A stretch of DNA of 64,000 nucleotides from Heterodontus francisci (lineage: Eukaryota): contig NC_090387.1 in NCBI RefSeq assembly GCF_036365525.1, positions 76,073,300-76,137,299 of the forward strand. Direction: 5' to 3'. The number at the start of each line of letters is the position of its first letter. The first letter of the stretch is position 1. Both the position numbers and the translations under genes were made by a program. Of the stretch, positions 13,271 through 28,409 are shown piece by piece. Under the pieces are notes generated by a model, which was not told the DNA's origin, made no database searches, and saw only the letters and a program-made list of their open reading frames with translations.

Positions 13271-14341
13271 CAGAGAGTTTCCTAACTTTCTTCCCATGGT
13301 GTGAGAGAAAGAGAGGAGGCTGGAGGCAGCTATCATTTGCTTCCCAAGAAAATACCAAAAATGCATAGCCAGTCAGTCATTTATGAAGAGATGCCAGATT
13401 TTGTGTTTTACCCATCTGATGAAGGGTTAATGCTAGAAACATCATAACCTGTTTTATCACTTTACACTACATAAAATCTACCAGGATGGTAGAGGTGAAA
13501 TTTTTCTTAACTGTAATCTTAGCATGATGTCCCTTTTGATATTTACCCTCACCCCGCGTCAACAAAGGATTTGGGGTTATGTGCAACCAGGTGTAGTGAG
13601 CAAATTCCTTTGACCTTTCAACTGCTTTGAGTTCAGCCTACCCATTAGTTTTAACCCTATTCCTAATGTGCTTTGGTTCCCAGCACAAAGCTGGAAGTAA
13701 TCTGTCCTCAACTTGATCTTGGGCAGGAGGATGTCTAGTGAGAGAATGTAGATATCCTGGTGTAGTAGGGAAACCGATATTTAGACTTGGATTAAGGGAC
13801 ATATAAACCTACTTCAGTGTACTGGACTGTTCCATGTGGGCACCAGTTTTCCATAATGAGGACAGTTTTCGCTGCTAAGACGTTGACATTCTTCAACTTG
13901 ATCGACTTGATATTTTTTTAATATGTGAGGGAGAGTACAGCATGTACCCTTTTACTGGCTAATTTCCTCTTCGAAAGGCATTGACCCCCCCTGTTGGGTG
14001 ATGTTATGCAGGTGTTTTTACCTCCTGCACATGCCAAAATGATTGGCAAGAGCAGTCAGTTTCTCCACAGCGGGTATTGCAGCTGAATCCAGTCCTTGTC
14101 TTGCCTAATGTGTACTGTTCTAGGAGCAGTCACTGGATGGTGATCAGGAGATGGAAACGTCATGTCTTTTACCTTTTGCCCTAAGCCAGGGGTACTAAGG
14201 CCAGTTAGAACATCCTATTAACTCAGCAGAGAATGGGGATGGCTAGGTAAGTTTGTTGCTTGTGAGCTATCAAAGGAGTATTTGAATCTTTAAAGTCAAT
14301 GAAGCTAACTACCAGTGCATCAAAATTAGTCTAATGCCTGA

Positions 14342-14617
<276 letters not shown>

Positions 14618-15082
14618 TGACTGGATTTGATCTCTGTGTGGTACTGTCCTCATGTCACGTGATTTAATAGTACCTAATTAGTGCTGCTTTGTGTACTTGT
14701 GTTTTGAGGAGCTCGGAGTAGATTTTAGATTTCGACTTGTACATTTATGGAAAATTGCTGTCTGCTGTTGAGTCCTGTGCACCTTGTTGTGAAGCTTTTT
14801 TTCCCAACCTAATCTAGGTGTTTAAAAATGGGTATTTCATTTGTACTAACACTTTTGCAAATAAATAGAAGGGGGTAGAATGGACAGAGAGCAAAATGAG
14901 AGGATCTTCAGAACAGCTGGTAATTTTGATTTTGTTCTGAAGCCAGTCTGTATTGAATGTTGTATTTATAATCTCGATAACAGTCACAAACTTTTTCCTG
15001 GGAGAGGGGTTGGAAGGGTCCTTCAAATGAACAAACCCGATTAAGGTCGGCTTCTTTCAGGGTGGCTGAAGGAATGATCTAA

Positions 15083-16025
<943 letters not shown>

Positions 16026-17062
16026 TGCACATAATGCTGTAAAAATCATCTTCGTCATTGAGGGACACTGTCATTTATAAGATGTGATGTGAAGCTCTGG
16101 ATATATAGGCCTGTCGTAGTTTCTGGCTTCTCAAAGATATTAAAACTAAATGGTTACAATTTCTTAAGCTCCATAGAGCTTTTTAGGCAGGATTTGACTT
16201 TAACTGGGTAGTATACCAATTGATCTGAACTTGTCTTTAGCCACAGGATTCTGAAATAATTCTGATTAGTCCCTTGTGCTCCACTTGGTATTAATCAAAG
16301 AATGGAATAGGTCCTCAGTAAGGAGTCCTTTCTTTAAAGAAAATTTCCAGTATGCCTCTTTGACTTCTGTTATTTCAATTATCTGATTCTCCCACTCCTT
16401 TAGCAACTGAGGATATTGGACCAGGATTGCTGCAGAGTGGAGTAAACACCTGGCAAACTTCCAACAGCATCTTTTTTAAAAACAAGATTTATAGTAAAAT
16501 ATTTTAAATTACATCCATTTTTAATAGTTTACTTCCACTTGATCCTAGTTTTCATTGATTCTTGTCACTGACTATCCTGTCCTGGGTGGTTGCCTTTATT
16601 CACTTCTGTCCTTGGCAATTCCCTGCTGATTGATTTTTAAGAGTCTGTTTTCTCTCAAGGTTCACTGGTGTTGCCTCTAGAATAAGGTTACATCTGTATC
16701 TTTGCCCAAGTTAGAGCACCCAACATGTCAGTTAGTGGTGGCTTCTCTGCATGGAGTCATTTAACCCTCAGCGCATTCTTTCCTTCACTAAAACCCATTC
16801 TTTCTTCCCTTCTCTCCCTGCACATTCTTTCCTTGGCACTATTTGATGGCTAAGTAGTGATTTGGAGCAGAGCCGTTTAGGTAATGATCTATTCTCTTCC
16901 TCCTGCTCCTCGTCCTCCTCTTCCCCAACCACCCAGATGTGGGATCCAGGGGACAAGTACAGCCGCCTTCCTGTTGCTACCCTGGTAAAGTGAGGTACTT
17001 CGCAAAGTCCAGGCATTTAAACCAGGATCGACATGGTCTTTAAGAGTTGGCTATTGATTGGA

Positions 17063-20000
17063 TAGAACAAAGAACAAAGAAAATTACAGCACAGGAACAG
17101 GCCCTTCGGCCCTCCAAGTCTACGCCGATCCAAATCCTCTATCTAAACCTGTCGTCTATTTTCTAAGGGTCTGTATCTCTTCACTTCCTGCCCATTCATG
17201 TATCTGTCTAGATACATCTTAAAAGACGCTATCGTGCCCGCGTCTACCACCTCCGCTGGCAATGCGTTCCATGCACCCACCACCCTCTGCGTAAAGAAAT
17301 TTCCACACATATCCCCCCTAAACTTTTCCCCTTTCACTTTGAACTCGTGTCCCCTTGTAATTGAATCCCCCACTCTGGGGGAAAAAGCTTCTTGCTATCC
17401 ACTCTGTCTATACCTCTCATGATTTTGTACACCTCAATCAGGTCCCCCCTCAACCTCCGTCTTTCTAATGAAAATAATTCTAATCTACTCAACCTCTCTT
17501 CATAGCTAGCGCCCTCCATACCAGGCAACATCCTGGTGAACCTCCTCTGCACCCTCTCCAAAGCATCCACATCCTTTTGGTAATGTGGCGACCAGAACTG
17601 CACGCAGTATTCCAAATGTGGCCGAACCAAAGTCCTATACAACTGTAACATGACCTGCCAACTCTTGTACTCAATGCCCCGTCCGATGAAGGAAAGCATG
17701 CCGTATGCCTTCTTGGCCACTCTATTGACCTGCGTTGCCACCTTCAGGGAACAATGGACCTGAACACCCAAATCTCTCTGAACATCAATTTTCCCCAGGA
17801 CTTTTCCATTTACTGTATAGTTCACTCTTGAATTGGATCTTCCAAAATGCATCACCTCGCATTTGCCCTGATTGAACTCCATCTGCCATTTCTCTGCCCA
17901 ACTCTCCAATCTATCTATATTCTGCTGTATTCCCTGACAGTCCCCTTCACTATCTGCTACTCCACCAATCCTAGTGTCGTCTGCAAACTTGCTAATCAGA
18001 CCACCTTTACTTTCCTCCAAATCATTTATGTATATCACAAACAACAGTGGTCCCAGCACGGATCCCTGTGGAACACCACTGGTCACACGTCTCCATTTTG
18101 AGAAACTCCCTTCCACTGCTACTCTCTGTCTCCTGTTGCCCAGCCAGTTCTTTATCCATCTAGCTAGTACACCTTGGACCCCATGCGCCTTCACTTTCTC
18201 CATCAGCCTACCATGGGGAACCTTATCAAACGCCTTACTGAAGTCCATGTATATGACATCTACAGCCCTTCCCTCATCAATCAACTTTGTCACTTCCTCA
18301 AAGAATTCTATTAAGTTGGTAAGACATGACTTTCCCTGCACAAAACCATGTTGCCTATCACTGATAAGCCCATTTTCTTCCAGATGGGAATAGATCCTAT
18401 CCCTCAGTATCTTCTGCAGCAGCTTCCCTACCACTGACGTCAGGCTCACCGGTCTATAATTACCTGGATTATCCCTGCTACCCTTCTTAAACAAGGGGAC
18501 AACATTAGCAATTCTCCAGTCCTCCGGGACCTCACCCGTGTTTAAGGATGTTGCAAAGATATCTGTTAAGGCCCCAGCTATTTCCTCTCTCGCTTCCCAC
18601 AGTAACCTGGGATAGATTCCATCCGGACCTGGGGACTTGTCCACCTTAATGCCTTTTAGAATACCCAACACTTCCTCCCTCCTTATGCCGACTTGACCTC
18701 GAGTAATCAAACACCTGTTCCTAACCTCAACATCCGTCATGTCCCTCTCCTCGGTGAATACCGATGCAAAGTACTCGTTTAGAATCTCACCCATTTTCTC
18801 TGACTCCACGCATAACTTTCCTCCTTTGTCCTTGAGTGGGCCAATCCTTTCTCTAGTTACCCTCTTGCTCCTTATATATGAATAAAAGGCTTTGGGATTT
18901 TCCTTAACCCTGTTTGCTAAAGATATTTCATGACCCCTTTTAGCCCTCTTAATTCCTCGTTTCAGATTGTGCCTACAATCCCGATATTCTTTCAAAGCTT
19001 CGTCTTTCTTCAGCCGCCTAGACCTTATGTATGCTTCCTTTTTCCACTTAGCTAGTCTCACAATTTCACCTGTCATCCATGGTTCCCTAATCTTGCCATT
19101 TCTACCCCTCATTTTCACAGGAACATGTCTCTCCTGCACGCTAATCAACCTCTCTTTAAAAGCCTCCCACATATCAAATGTGGATTTACCTTCAAACAGC
19201 TGCTCCCAATCTACATTCCCCAGCTCCTGCCGAATTTTGGTATAGTTGGCCTTCCCTCAATTTAGCACTCTTCCTTTAGAACCACTCTCGTCTTTGTCCA
19301 TGAGTATTCTAAAACTTACGGAATTGTGTTCACTATTCCCAAAGTAGTCCCCTACTGAAACGTCAACCACCTGGCCCGGCTCATTTCCCAACACCAGGTC
19401 CAGTATGGCCCCTTCCCGAGTTGGACTATTTACATACTGCTCTAGAAAACCCTCCTGGATGCTCCTTACAAATTCTGTCCATCTAGACCTCTAACACTAA
19501 GTGAATCTCAGTCAATGTTGGGAAAATTAAAATCTCCTATCACCACCACCCTGTTGCTCCTACAGCTTTCCATAATCTGTTTACATATTTGTACCTCTAT
19601 CTCACGCTCGCTGTTGGGAGGCCTGTAGTACAGCCCCAACATTGTTACCGCACCCTTCCTATTTCTGAGTTCTGCCCATATTGCCTCACAGCTCGAGTCC
19701 TCCATAGTGCCTTCCTTCAGCACAGCTGTGATATCCTCTTTGACCAGTAATGCAACTCCTCCACCCCTTTTACCTCCCTCTCTATCCCGCCTGAAGCATC
19801 AGTATCCTGGGATATTTAGTTGCCAATCATGCCCCTCCCTTAACCAAGTCTCAGTAATAGCAATAACATCATACTCCCAGGTACTAATCCAAGCCCTAAG
19901 TTCATCTGCCTTACCTACTACACTTCTTGCATTAAAACAAATACACCTCAGACCACCAGTCCCTTTGCTTTCATCATCTGCTCCCTGCCTACTCTTTCCC

Positions 20001-21514
20001 TTAGTCATGCTGACTTCATTATCTAGTTCCTTACATCCTTACTCTTTACTGACCTCATTTGGTTCCCATCCCCCTGCCACATTAGTTTAAACCCTCCCCA
20101 ACGGCGTTAGCAAAAGCACCCCCAAGGACATTGGTTCCAGTCCGGCCCAGGTGTAGACCGTCCAATTTGTAATAGTCCCACCTCCCCCAGAACCGGTCCC
20201 AAAAATCTGAACCCCTCCCTCCTGCACCATCTCTCAAGCCACGCATTCATCCTGACTATTCTTTCATTTCTACTCTGACTATCACGTGGCACTGGTAGCA
20301 ATCCTGAGATTACTACCTCTGAGGTCCTACTTTTTAACTTGGCTCCTAACTCCCTAAATTCTGCTTGTAGGACCTCATCCCGTTTTTTACCTATATCATT
20401 GGTGCCTATGTGCACAACGACAACTGGCTGTTCACCCTCCCCCTTCAGAATGTTCTGCAGCCGATCTGAGACATCCCTGAACCGTGCACCTGGGAGGCAA
20501 CATACCATTCGGGAGTCTCGTTTTCGACCACAGAACCGCCTATCTACTCCCCTTACAATTGAATCCCCTATGACTATAGCCCTTCCACTCTTTTTCCCGC
20601 CCTTGTGAACAGCAGAGCCAGCCACGGTGCCATGAACCTGGCTACTGCTGCCTTCCCCTGGTGAGCCATCTCCCCCAACAGTATCCAAAACGGTATACCT
20701 GTTGTGGAGGGAGATGACCGCAGGGGACACCTGCGCTGCCTTCCTGCTCTTTCTCTGCCTTTTGGTCACTCATTCCCTTTCTCCCTCAGCAATCCTAATC
20801 TGCGGTGTGACCAATTCGCTAAACGTGCTATCCACTACCTCCTCAGCATCGCGGATGCTCCAAAGTGAGTCCATCCGCAGCTCCAGAGCCATCATGCGGT
20901 CTAACGAGCTGCAGCTGGACACACTTCCTGCATGCGAAGGAGTCAGGGACATCAGCCATGTCCCTGAGCTCCCACATTGAGCAAGAGGAGCATGTCACGG
21001 GTCTGAGATCTCCTGCCATTTTTAATCTTAAGCTTAAACTTAGTTAAATGAAAAAGGAACGAAAAGTTTTTTACCAATCACACGATTAAAAAAAAAAGAG
21101 AAATAGAAAAAGGCTTACCTTATCTACACCCCACCGAGTCCTTTTTTTTTTGGTTAGAGGAGGAGGGCAGGTGGGAGACACTACAGGTGTAGTGTCTCGG
21201 GTTCAGAAACGGCCCAAATATATAGGGTTTTACTTACCCAGCAGCCCCCTGGTCTCCGCCGAAAACCAAAGGAAATTAAGTTTACTTTAAACTGACCTTC
21301 CCAGTTGCTCACTCGCTCGCACTCTCTGCTCCCGAAAAAGCTGCTGCAGTGAAAGGCAAGTTATTTTAAATGGCCCAAATATATAGGGTTTTACTTACCC
21401 AGCAGCCCCCTGGTCTCCGCCGAAAACAAAAGGAAATTAAGTTTACTTTAAACTGAGCTTCCCAGCTGCTCACTCGCTCGCACTCTGCTCCCGAAAAAGC
21501 TGCTGCAGTGAAAG
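17063..21514 (-). mobile_element. Near full-length young CR1 LINE (tandem 5'UTR monomers, ORF1 zinc finger plus esterase, ORF2 EN-RT)
   Basis: ORF1 from ATG 21019 (MAGDLRPVTCSSC...CRKC, IGDSIVR, HIGTND); ORF2 pieces including a 612-aa frame; (TCTTTGT)n tail at 17063. Confidence 0.96.
17334..19172 (-). pseudogene. CR1 ORF2 reverse-transcriptase portion (612-aa open segment of a disrupted ORF2)
   Basis: NYRPVSL, DFSKAFD, QGSVLGP, FADD; the EN part upstream is broken into separate frames. Confidence 0.92.
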
Positions 21515-22024
21515 AGTTATGCAGACTCATTGAGTTACTTTTTTCCCTCACTTCTTTGTTCTGTTAGTAACTCTATCTATATTTTCTGCATAGCCAAAAT
21601 TAAAATACATGTGTTCGCCTGAAACCAAAGTGAATGTTTGTGGGATGTAATATCCCCATATAATAGGATGCTTGTGGGAAAAATTCTCTGGCTGCGATTT
21701 TAACTCTTGGTTTTAATTCTATTTTAATACAGTGTAGTGCAATTTCGCCCATTAAGTGTTGAGCAGAATTATTTTCCTGAGAGTTCTGCTATCTATCAAA
21801 ATGGTACTTGACATCCTGTTGAGATTTTTGTACAAACCAGACTGAGATGACTGATTAGTATAACAGTAGCTTATGCTGACTTAGTTTTGGCATTATTTGA
21901 AGTATATTTTTATCCAGTAATGATGGGGGGGTATTAGTTCACGTATCCCCTTGCATATTCAATGGATATTATAGGTGAATGCTCCTGAATTAGTCTCTTT
22001 TACTGAGAGAAATATCTTGCCTAA

Positions 22025-22153
<129 letters not shown>

Positions 22154-22257
22154 TAAGACAGACAGTCTGTGTGTGTGTGTGTGCCTGGACATGTGATTGC
22201 ATTCACACAAGCTCTGGAGTAGTTTAACTAAAGGTACTCTTAAGACGAAGACTGCAT

Positions 22258-22650
22258 TGCAAAGACGAGCTTGCACTAATGTCATACTATTCACTTCCTT
22301 TGGATTTCTGAAAATACTTCACAGCAAATTAATACTTTGTAATGTGAGCAAGCGCAACAGGCAATTTGTGCACAGCAAGGTCCAACGAGCAGCAATGAGA
22401 TAAATGTGTTTGTGTCATTGGTTGAGAGATAAATATTGGCCAGGACACTGGAAGTTCCTTGCTATTCATTAGTTACTGCCACGAGATCTTTTGAGCAGAC
22501 AGACAGCGCCTCGGTCAATGTCTTATCTGAAAGACTGCATTTCTGACAGTGTGGTTATACCTCAGTATTGCATTAAAGTCAGCCCAGGTTATATGTGCAA
22601 GTTACTTGGAAAACAGCTTGAACTGCTTGACTGAGGCATGAGTGCTGCCA
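22258..22650 (-). mobile_element. DeuSINE-like SINE (degenerate)
   Basis: Reverse complement of Deu-domain-type sequence GTGTCCTGGCCAATATTTATC(T/C)CTCAACCAA...TTGCTGTGCACAAATTG. Confidence 0.7.
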
Positions 22651-23943
22651 TAGCTGGTCTGAATGAACAAAGTCTCCCTTCTCCCTCACCAAAAAACAGA
22701 TTCCAGTTGACCCAGCAACTGGTGCATGTTCTTAGCGATGGTAACGTCTATCTGAAATGATCTAATTGAATTGGTATGATATGAGGGATAGATTGATGGT
22801 GTATTAATGATCCAAATGCTTTCTTTCTGGTATTTTTCTGCGCTGTCATACATGTGGAACTCTACTTTCTATTTTTTAAACCACTTAAAATATTTTTTCT
22901 CTTCCCTTAAAGGCTTTGGCCACACACAATCCCTTACCTCGAGTATTATTTTTACAGACACTCGCTGACTCTTCCCTTAAGTGGTCAACATTTGATGCAT
23001 GTGACTGTCTGAAGACTGACTAGCAGAACAACATAGCCAAGCCCAATTTTTTGTTCTCTTTTGTCATGCACACGCGTGTTTCATAAAAGTCATTGGGTTG
23101 GAAATGATGGAATCCTGGTTCTTTCTCCTATCACCTTCCTATCCCAGGGAGTCTGCTTTAGCTAGGGTCATACAACTCAACACTGATTGAATGTGGATTT
23201 GACTGCTTTTTGTGTTTGAAGGATGAATGCTCTACTTGGGGTTTCAGAACTTTGTGTAACTAAGCCCAAACCTGTCGTCAAGACCCACCTATGGCCACCT
23301 TCTAACAGGAATTATGGGCCATTGATGAAAATTGCCCATAAGCTCAAGAGGAAGATCACTGAGGTTAGTTATGCCATTCCCCACTACCCCCCTCCCCAGC
23401 TTAGGTCACTAACTTTGCACAATCTGTTAACTTAACTGTCTGCCGGGGTAGGCAGTAAGGCTCAATTACATGTTATCCTCAATTTAATTGGACATCTAAT
23501 CTTATGACGTGCACCATTTGTTAGATTTTTTTTTCCAGCACAATATTTCAGCTTAAGTTTGTGCCCTTTCAGTCGCTGGAGGTGTGTGCTGATGACAGTT
23601 GGGACCTTGGTGAATGACTGACAGGACCACGAGGCGGAGAGTATCGTAGATAGCACGTATGGAGAGGTGGTCACACCGCAGGCTCAGACTCCACAGCCAG
23701 GAAGGGAATGGGTGACCACTAGGCAGGCAGTTCAGGAATCTCCTGTGGATATTCCCCTGCAAAACAGATATACTGCTTTGGATACTGTTGGGGGGAATGG
23801 CCTCTCTGGAAAGCAGCAACAGCCCAATTCTTTGCACCACGGTTGGCTCTGCTACACAGGGGAGGAGTAAAAAGTGCGGGAATGCAATTGTTATAGGGGA
23901 TTCAATTGTGAGGGGAATAGATGGGCATTTCTGTGGCCGCAAA

Positions 23944-23984
23944 AGAGTTCTGAAGAAGGGTCTGTGACCTGAAACGTTGACTCT
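23944..23984 (+). ncRNA. Minimal type I hammerhead-ribozyme motif in a Penelope-type short repeat (repeat spans about 23948-24050)
   Basis: Stem I AGAGTT/GACTCT, core CTGAAGA(A), stem II GGGTC-TGT-GACCT, GAAA, palindromic AACGTT helix III. Confidence 0.65.
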
Positions 23985-24356
23985 GCTTGTCTCTGCACAG
24001 ATGCTACCGGATGTGCTGAGTATTTCCAGCATTTCTTTTTGTTCCAGATTGGTATGTTGCTTCCCTGGTGATAGGGTCAAGGATGTCTCAGCGGTTACAG
24101 GACATTCTGAAGGGGGAGGGTGAACAGCCAGTGGTCGTAGTACACATTGTTACAAAAGACATAGGTTTAAAAAAAAAAGGATGAGGTCCTAAAAGCAGAA
24201 TATAGGGAGTGAGGAAGTAAGTTGAAAAGTAGGACCTCAAAGGTAGTGATCTCAGGATTACTACCAGTGCCATGTGCTAGTCAGAGTAGAAATAGCTGGA
24301 TATACCGGATGAATGCGTGGCTGAAGAGATGGTGTGAGGGGGATGGTTTTAGATCC

Positions 24357-24887
24357 CATTAGTTGCACAAAGAGAGACGAAGTCCGACTGTAGCTTTAAG
24401 AAACTTTATTGCAGTACTTCTTGGTTACATCATCAGCAAAGCAAATTACAACAACACCTTTGCCTCCACCTTTCTCCTCCGTGGTGGTGCAAGGAAATTA
24501 AGCCTTTCTTATAGTTCTTCATACACATCAGTGACACCCCCTTTAAGTTCCCAATTGGTTTACAAATTCTGCAGTTTCTTGGTGTCAGGGCCTGATTGGG
24601 GTCCTGCCTTGTCAATGTGTTTTTAACTTCTTATTTCATTTTCTCATGGCTCTTATCTGTTTTTGAACTGTAGTACAATATAGGCTTTTATGAAGCAGCT
24701 TACAGCTGTCCTGTGAATCTTGCTTGGTAGTCTACTCCTTCTACTCCTACTGATAAGCTGTTCCTACAGCACTGAAAGAGCTACTATTAATTTCTGATAA
24801 GCTGTCTCTGCAGCTCCGAAGTTGTTAGTAGTACATGATTGATTAATTATTTCACCTTAAATGTCCCCATGTTATTCTGTTCTCACA
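24357..24887 (-). mobile_element. Probable solo LTR inserted in CR1 ORF1
   Basis: Interrupts collinear CR1 sequence; on - it begins TGTGAG and has TATAAGAAA followed about 100 nt later by AATAAA. Confidence 0.5.
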
Positions 24888-27800
24888 GCTGGTTTTGGGG
24901 GAGGTGGGACCAGTACAAACTGGACAGGTTACACCTGGGCAGGACTGGGACTGATGTCCTAGGGGGAGTATTTGCTAGAGTGGTTGGGGAGGGTTTAAAC
25001 TAAAATGGAAGGGGGATGGGAACCTTTGCAAGGAGTCAGAGGAGGGGGGAGTCCAAGACGAGAACAAAAGCCAGCAAGGGGAATAAGAAAAGTGATAGGC
25101 AGAGAAATCAAGGTCCAGAATCAAACCGGACCACAGTGAAAAATAGTGGAAAGGGGACAAGTAAGGTTAAAAAGACTAGCCTTAAGGCTTTGTGCCTTCA
25201 CGCGTGGAGCATTCGCCATTAAGTGGATGAATTAATTGCGCAAATAGATGTAAAGTGGTATGATATAGTCGGGATTACGCAGACATGGCTGCAAGGTGAC
25301 CAGGGGTGGGAAATGAACATCCAGGGTATTCAGTATTTATGAAGGACAGACAAAAAGCAAAAGGCGGTGGAGTTGCATTGCTGGTTAAAGAGGAAATTAA
25401 CGCAATAGTGAGGAAAAATATTAGCTCTGATGATGTGGAATCTTATGGGTAGAGCTGAGAAAGACTAAGGGGCAAAAAACGTTAGTGGGGGTTGTATATA
25501 GACCCCCAAACTGTAGTGGTGATGTTGGGAATGGCATTGAACCGGAAATTAGAGACGCATGCAATAAAAGAACATCCATAATTATGGATGACTTTAATCT
25601 GCATATAGAATGGGCAAATCAAAATAGTCACAATACCGTAGAGGGGAAATTCTTGGAGTGTATACGGGATGGTTTTCTGCACCAATACGTTGAGGAACCA
25701 ACTAGAGAACAGGCCATCCTAGACTGGGTATCGTGTAATGAGAGAGGAATAATTGACAGTCTAGTAGTGCGAGACCCCTTGGGGACGAGCGACCATAATA
25801 TGATAGAATTTTTCAAGATGGAGAGTGACTTAATTGATTGAGACAAGGGTCCTGAATCTTAGTAAAGGAAACTAGGAAGGTACGAGGCGCGAGTTGGCCA
25901 TGACAGATTGGGAAACGTTACTTAAAGGGATGACGGTGGACAGGTAATGGCAAACATTTAAAGAGTGCATGGATGAACTGCAACAATTGTTTATCCCTGT
26001 CTGGCACAAAAGTAAAACGGGAAAGGTAGCCAAACCATGGCTTACAAGGGAAATCAGAGATAGCATTAGATCCAAGGAAGAGGCATATAAATTTGCCAGA
26101 AAAAACAATAGACCTGAGGATTGGGAGCAGTTTAGAATTCAGCAAAGGAGGATCAAGGGATTGATTAAGAAGGGGAAAATAGAGTATGAGAGCAAGCTTG
26201 CAGGGAACATAAAAACTGACTGTAAAAGTTTCTATAGGTATGTGAACAGAAAAAGATTGGTGAAGACAAATGTAGATCCCTTACAGTCAGAAATGGGAGT
26301 TTATTATGAGGAACAAAGAAATGGCTGACCAGCTAAATGCATACTTTTGTTCTGTCTTCACAAAGGAGGACACAAATATCATACCAGAAATGTTGGGGAA
26401 CACGGGGCTTAGTGAGAGAGAGGAACTGAAGGAAATCAGTATTGGTAGCGAAATGGTCTTGGGGAAATTGATGGGATTGAAGGCCGATAAATCCCCAGGG
26501 CCTGATGGTATGCATCCCAGAGTACTTAAGGAAATGCCCTAGAAATAGTGGATGCATTGGTGGTCTTCCAAGATTCTATAGACTCTGGAACAGTTCTTAC
26601 AGATTGGAAGGGAGCTAATGTAACCCCACTATTTAAAAAGGGAGGTAGAGAGAAAGCAGGGAATTAGAGACCAGTCAGCCTGACGTCGGTTGTGGGGAAA
26701 ATTCTAGAGTCCATTATCAAAGATTTTATAGCAGTGGTAGAATCGGGAAGAGTCAGCATGGATTTACAAAAGGGAAATCATGCTTGACAAATCTACTAGA
26801 ATTCTTCGAGGATGTAACTAGTAGAGTTGATGAGGGGGAGCCAGTGGATGTGGCTTATTTGGATTTTCAGAAGGCTTTTGACAAAGTCCCACATAAGAGA
26901 TTAGCGTGTAAAATTCAAGCACATGGGATTGGGGGTAGTGTATTGCGATGGATAGAAAATTGGATGGCAGACAGGAAACAGTCGGGATAAATGGGTCTTT
27001 TTCCGAATGGCAGACAGTGACTAGTGGGTGGGATCGGTGCTAGAACCCCAGCTATTCACAATATATATTAATGATTTAGATGAGTGAACTAAATGTAGTA
27101 TCTCCAGATTTGCAGATGAGACAAAACTGAGTGGGACAGTGAGTTGTGAGGAGGATGCAGAGAGGCTTCAGGGTGATTTGGACAAGTTGAGTGAGTGGGT
27201 AGATGCAGTATAATGTGAACAAATGTGAGGTTATCCACTTTGGTAGCAAAAACAGGAAGGCAGGTTATTATCTAGCTATAAACTGAGAGGGGAATATGCA
27301 GCGCGACCTAGGTAAGCATGTAGGTGCAACAGGCGATTAAAAAAAATTGCAAATGGTATGTTGGCCTTCATAGTGAGAGGACTTGAGTACAGGCACAGGG
27401 ATGTCTTGCTGCAATTATACAGGGCCTTGGTGAGGCCACACCTGGAATGTTGTGTGCAGTTTTGGTCTCCTTATCTGAGGAAGGATGTTCTTGCTACAGA
27501 GGGAGTGCAGCGAAGGTTTACCAGACTGATTCCTGGGATGGTGGGAGTGAATTATGAGGAGAGATTGAGTCGGTTAGGATTATATTTGCTGGAATTCAGA
27601 AGAGTGAGGGGGGATCTCATAGAAACCTATAAAATTCTAACAGTACTTGACAGGGTAGATGCAGGGAGGATGTTTCTGATGGTGGGGGAGTCCAGAACCA
27701 GGGGTCATAGTCTAAGAATATGGGGTAAACCTTTCAGGACTGAGATGAGGAGAAATTACTTCACCCAGAGAGTGGTGAGCCTGTGGAATTCGCTACCACA

Positions 27801-28409
27801 AAGCAGTTGAGGCCAAAACATTGTATGTTTTCAAGAAGGAGTTAGATATCACTCTTGGGTCTAAAGGAATCAAAGGGTATGGGGCGAAAGAGAGAACAGG
27901 TTACTGAGTTGGATGATCAGCCATGATCATAATGAATGGCGGAGGAGGCTCGAAGGGCCGAATGGCCTACTCCTGCCCCTGTTTTCTATGTTTCTATGAT
28001 GAGCAGTCTATATCCTTAGCCGATGAGATTTAAGGTTGAGGAAAGGAACGAACGACTGATGTGGGTGAATTAAATTCAATTCAAGTGCCGAAAGGAAAAT
28101 AAAGACTGCATTGAGAGAAGCGACAGATATTAAAAATCTAGAATTTGCTACTTGCAAGAGTGGTGCATAATTTAAATTGTTCCCTTTCTAGGCTGGAGAG
28201 ATTGATTGCCATTGCATTAACAATTATTCCAAATTAAAAGCATACTTGAGCTTTTAAGCATGAGCCCTAACTTTCTGCGACAAGGTTGTGAAAAATAACA
28301 GGATGTTGAGGGTGATCTGCCGCTTGTGAAAGGCAAATGGCTCAGCGGTCTGAAGTGACCAGCTCGTGTCTCTAATTTTCTGCCTGATTTGTGAATTAAG
28401 ACAATAAGG

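Larger units (their letters stand above)
23625..27998 (+). mobile_element. Degenerate CR1 LINE (partial ORF1 plus ORF2) with two nested insertions
   Basis: EVVTPQ, GVVYRPP, DFQKAFDKVPH and RVVSLWNSLP segments; (TTTCTATG)n tail. Confidence 0.93.

Noticed and set aside
13416-13445. Additional hammerhead-like core CTGATGAAGGG...GAAAC
   Set aside because: Stem II and the cleavage triplet are degenerate; an old repeat remnant.
17974-18393. Recurrent antisense ORFs over RT (also 9248-9451, 38323-38862, 55904-56215)
   Set aside because: Shadow frames of conserved CR1 coding sequence; no independent gene signals.
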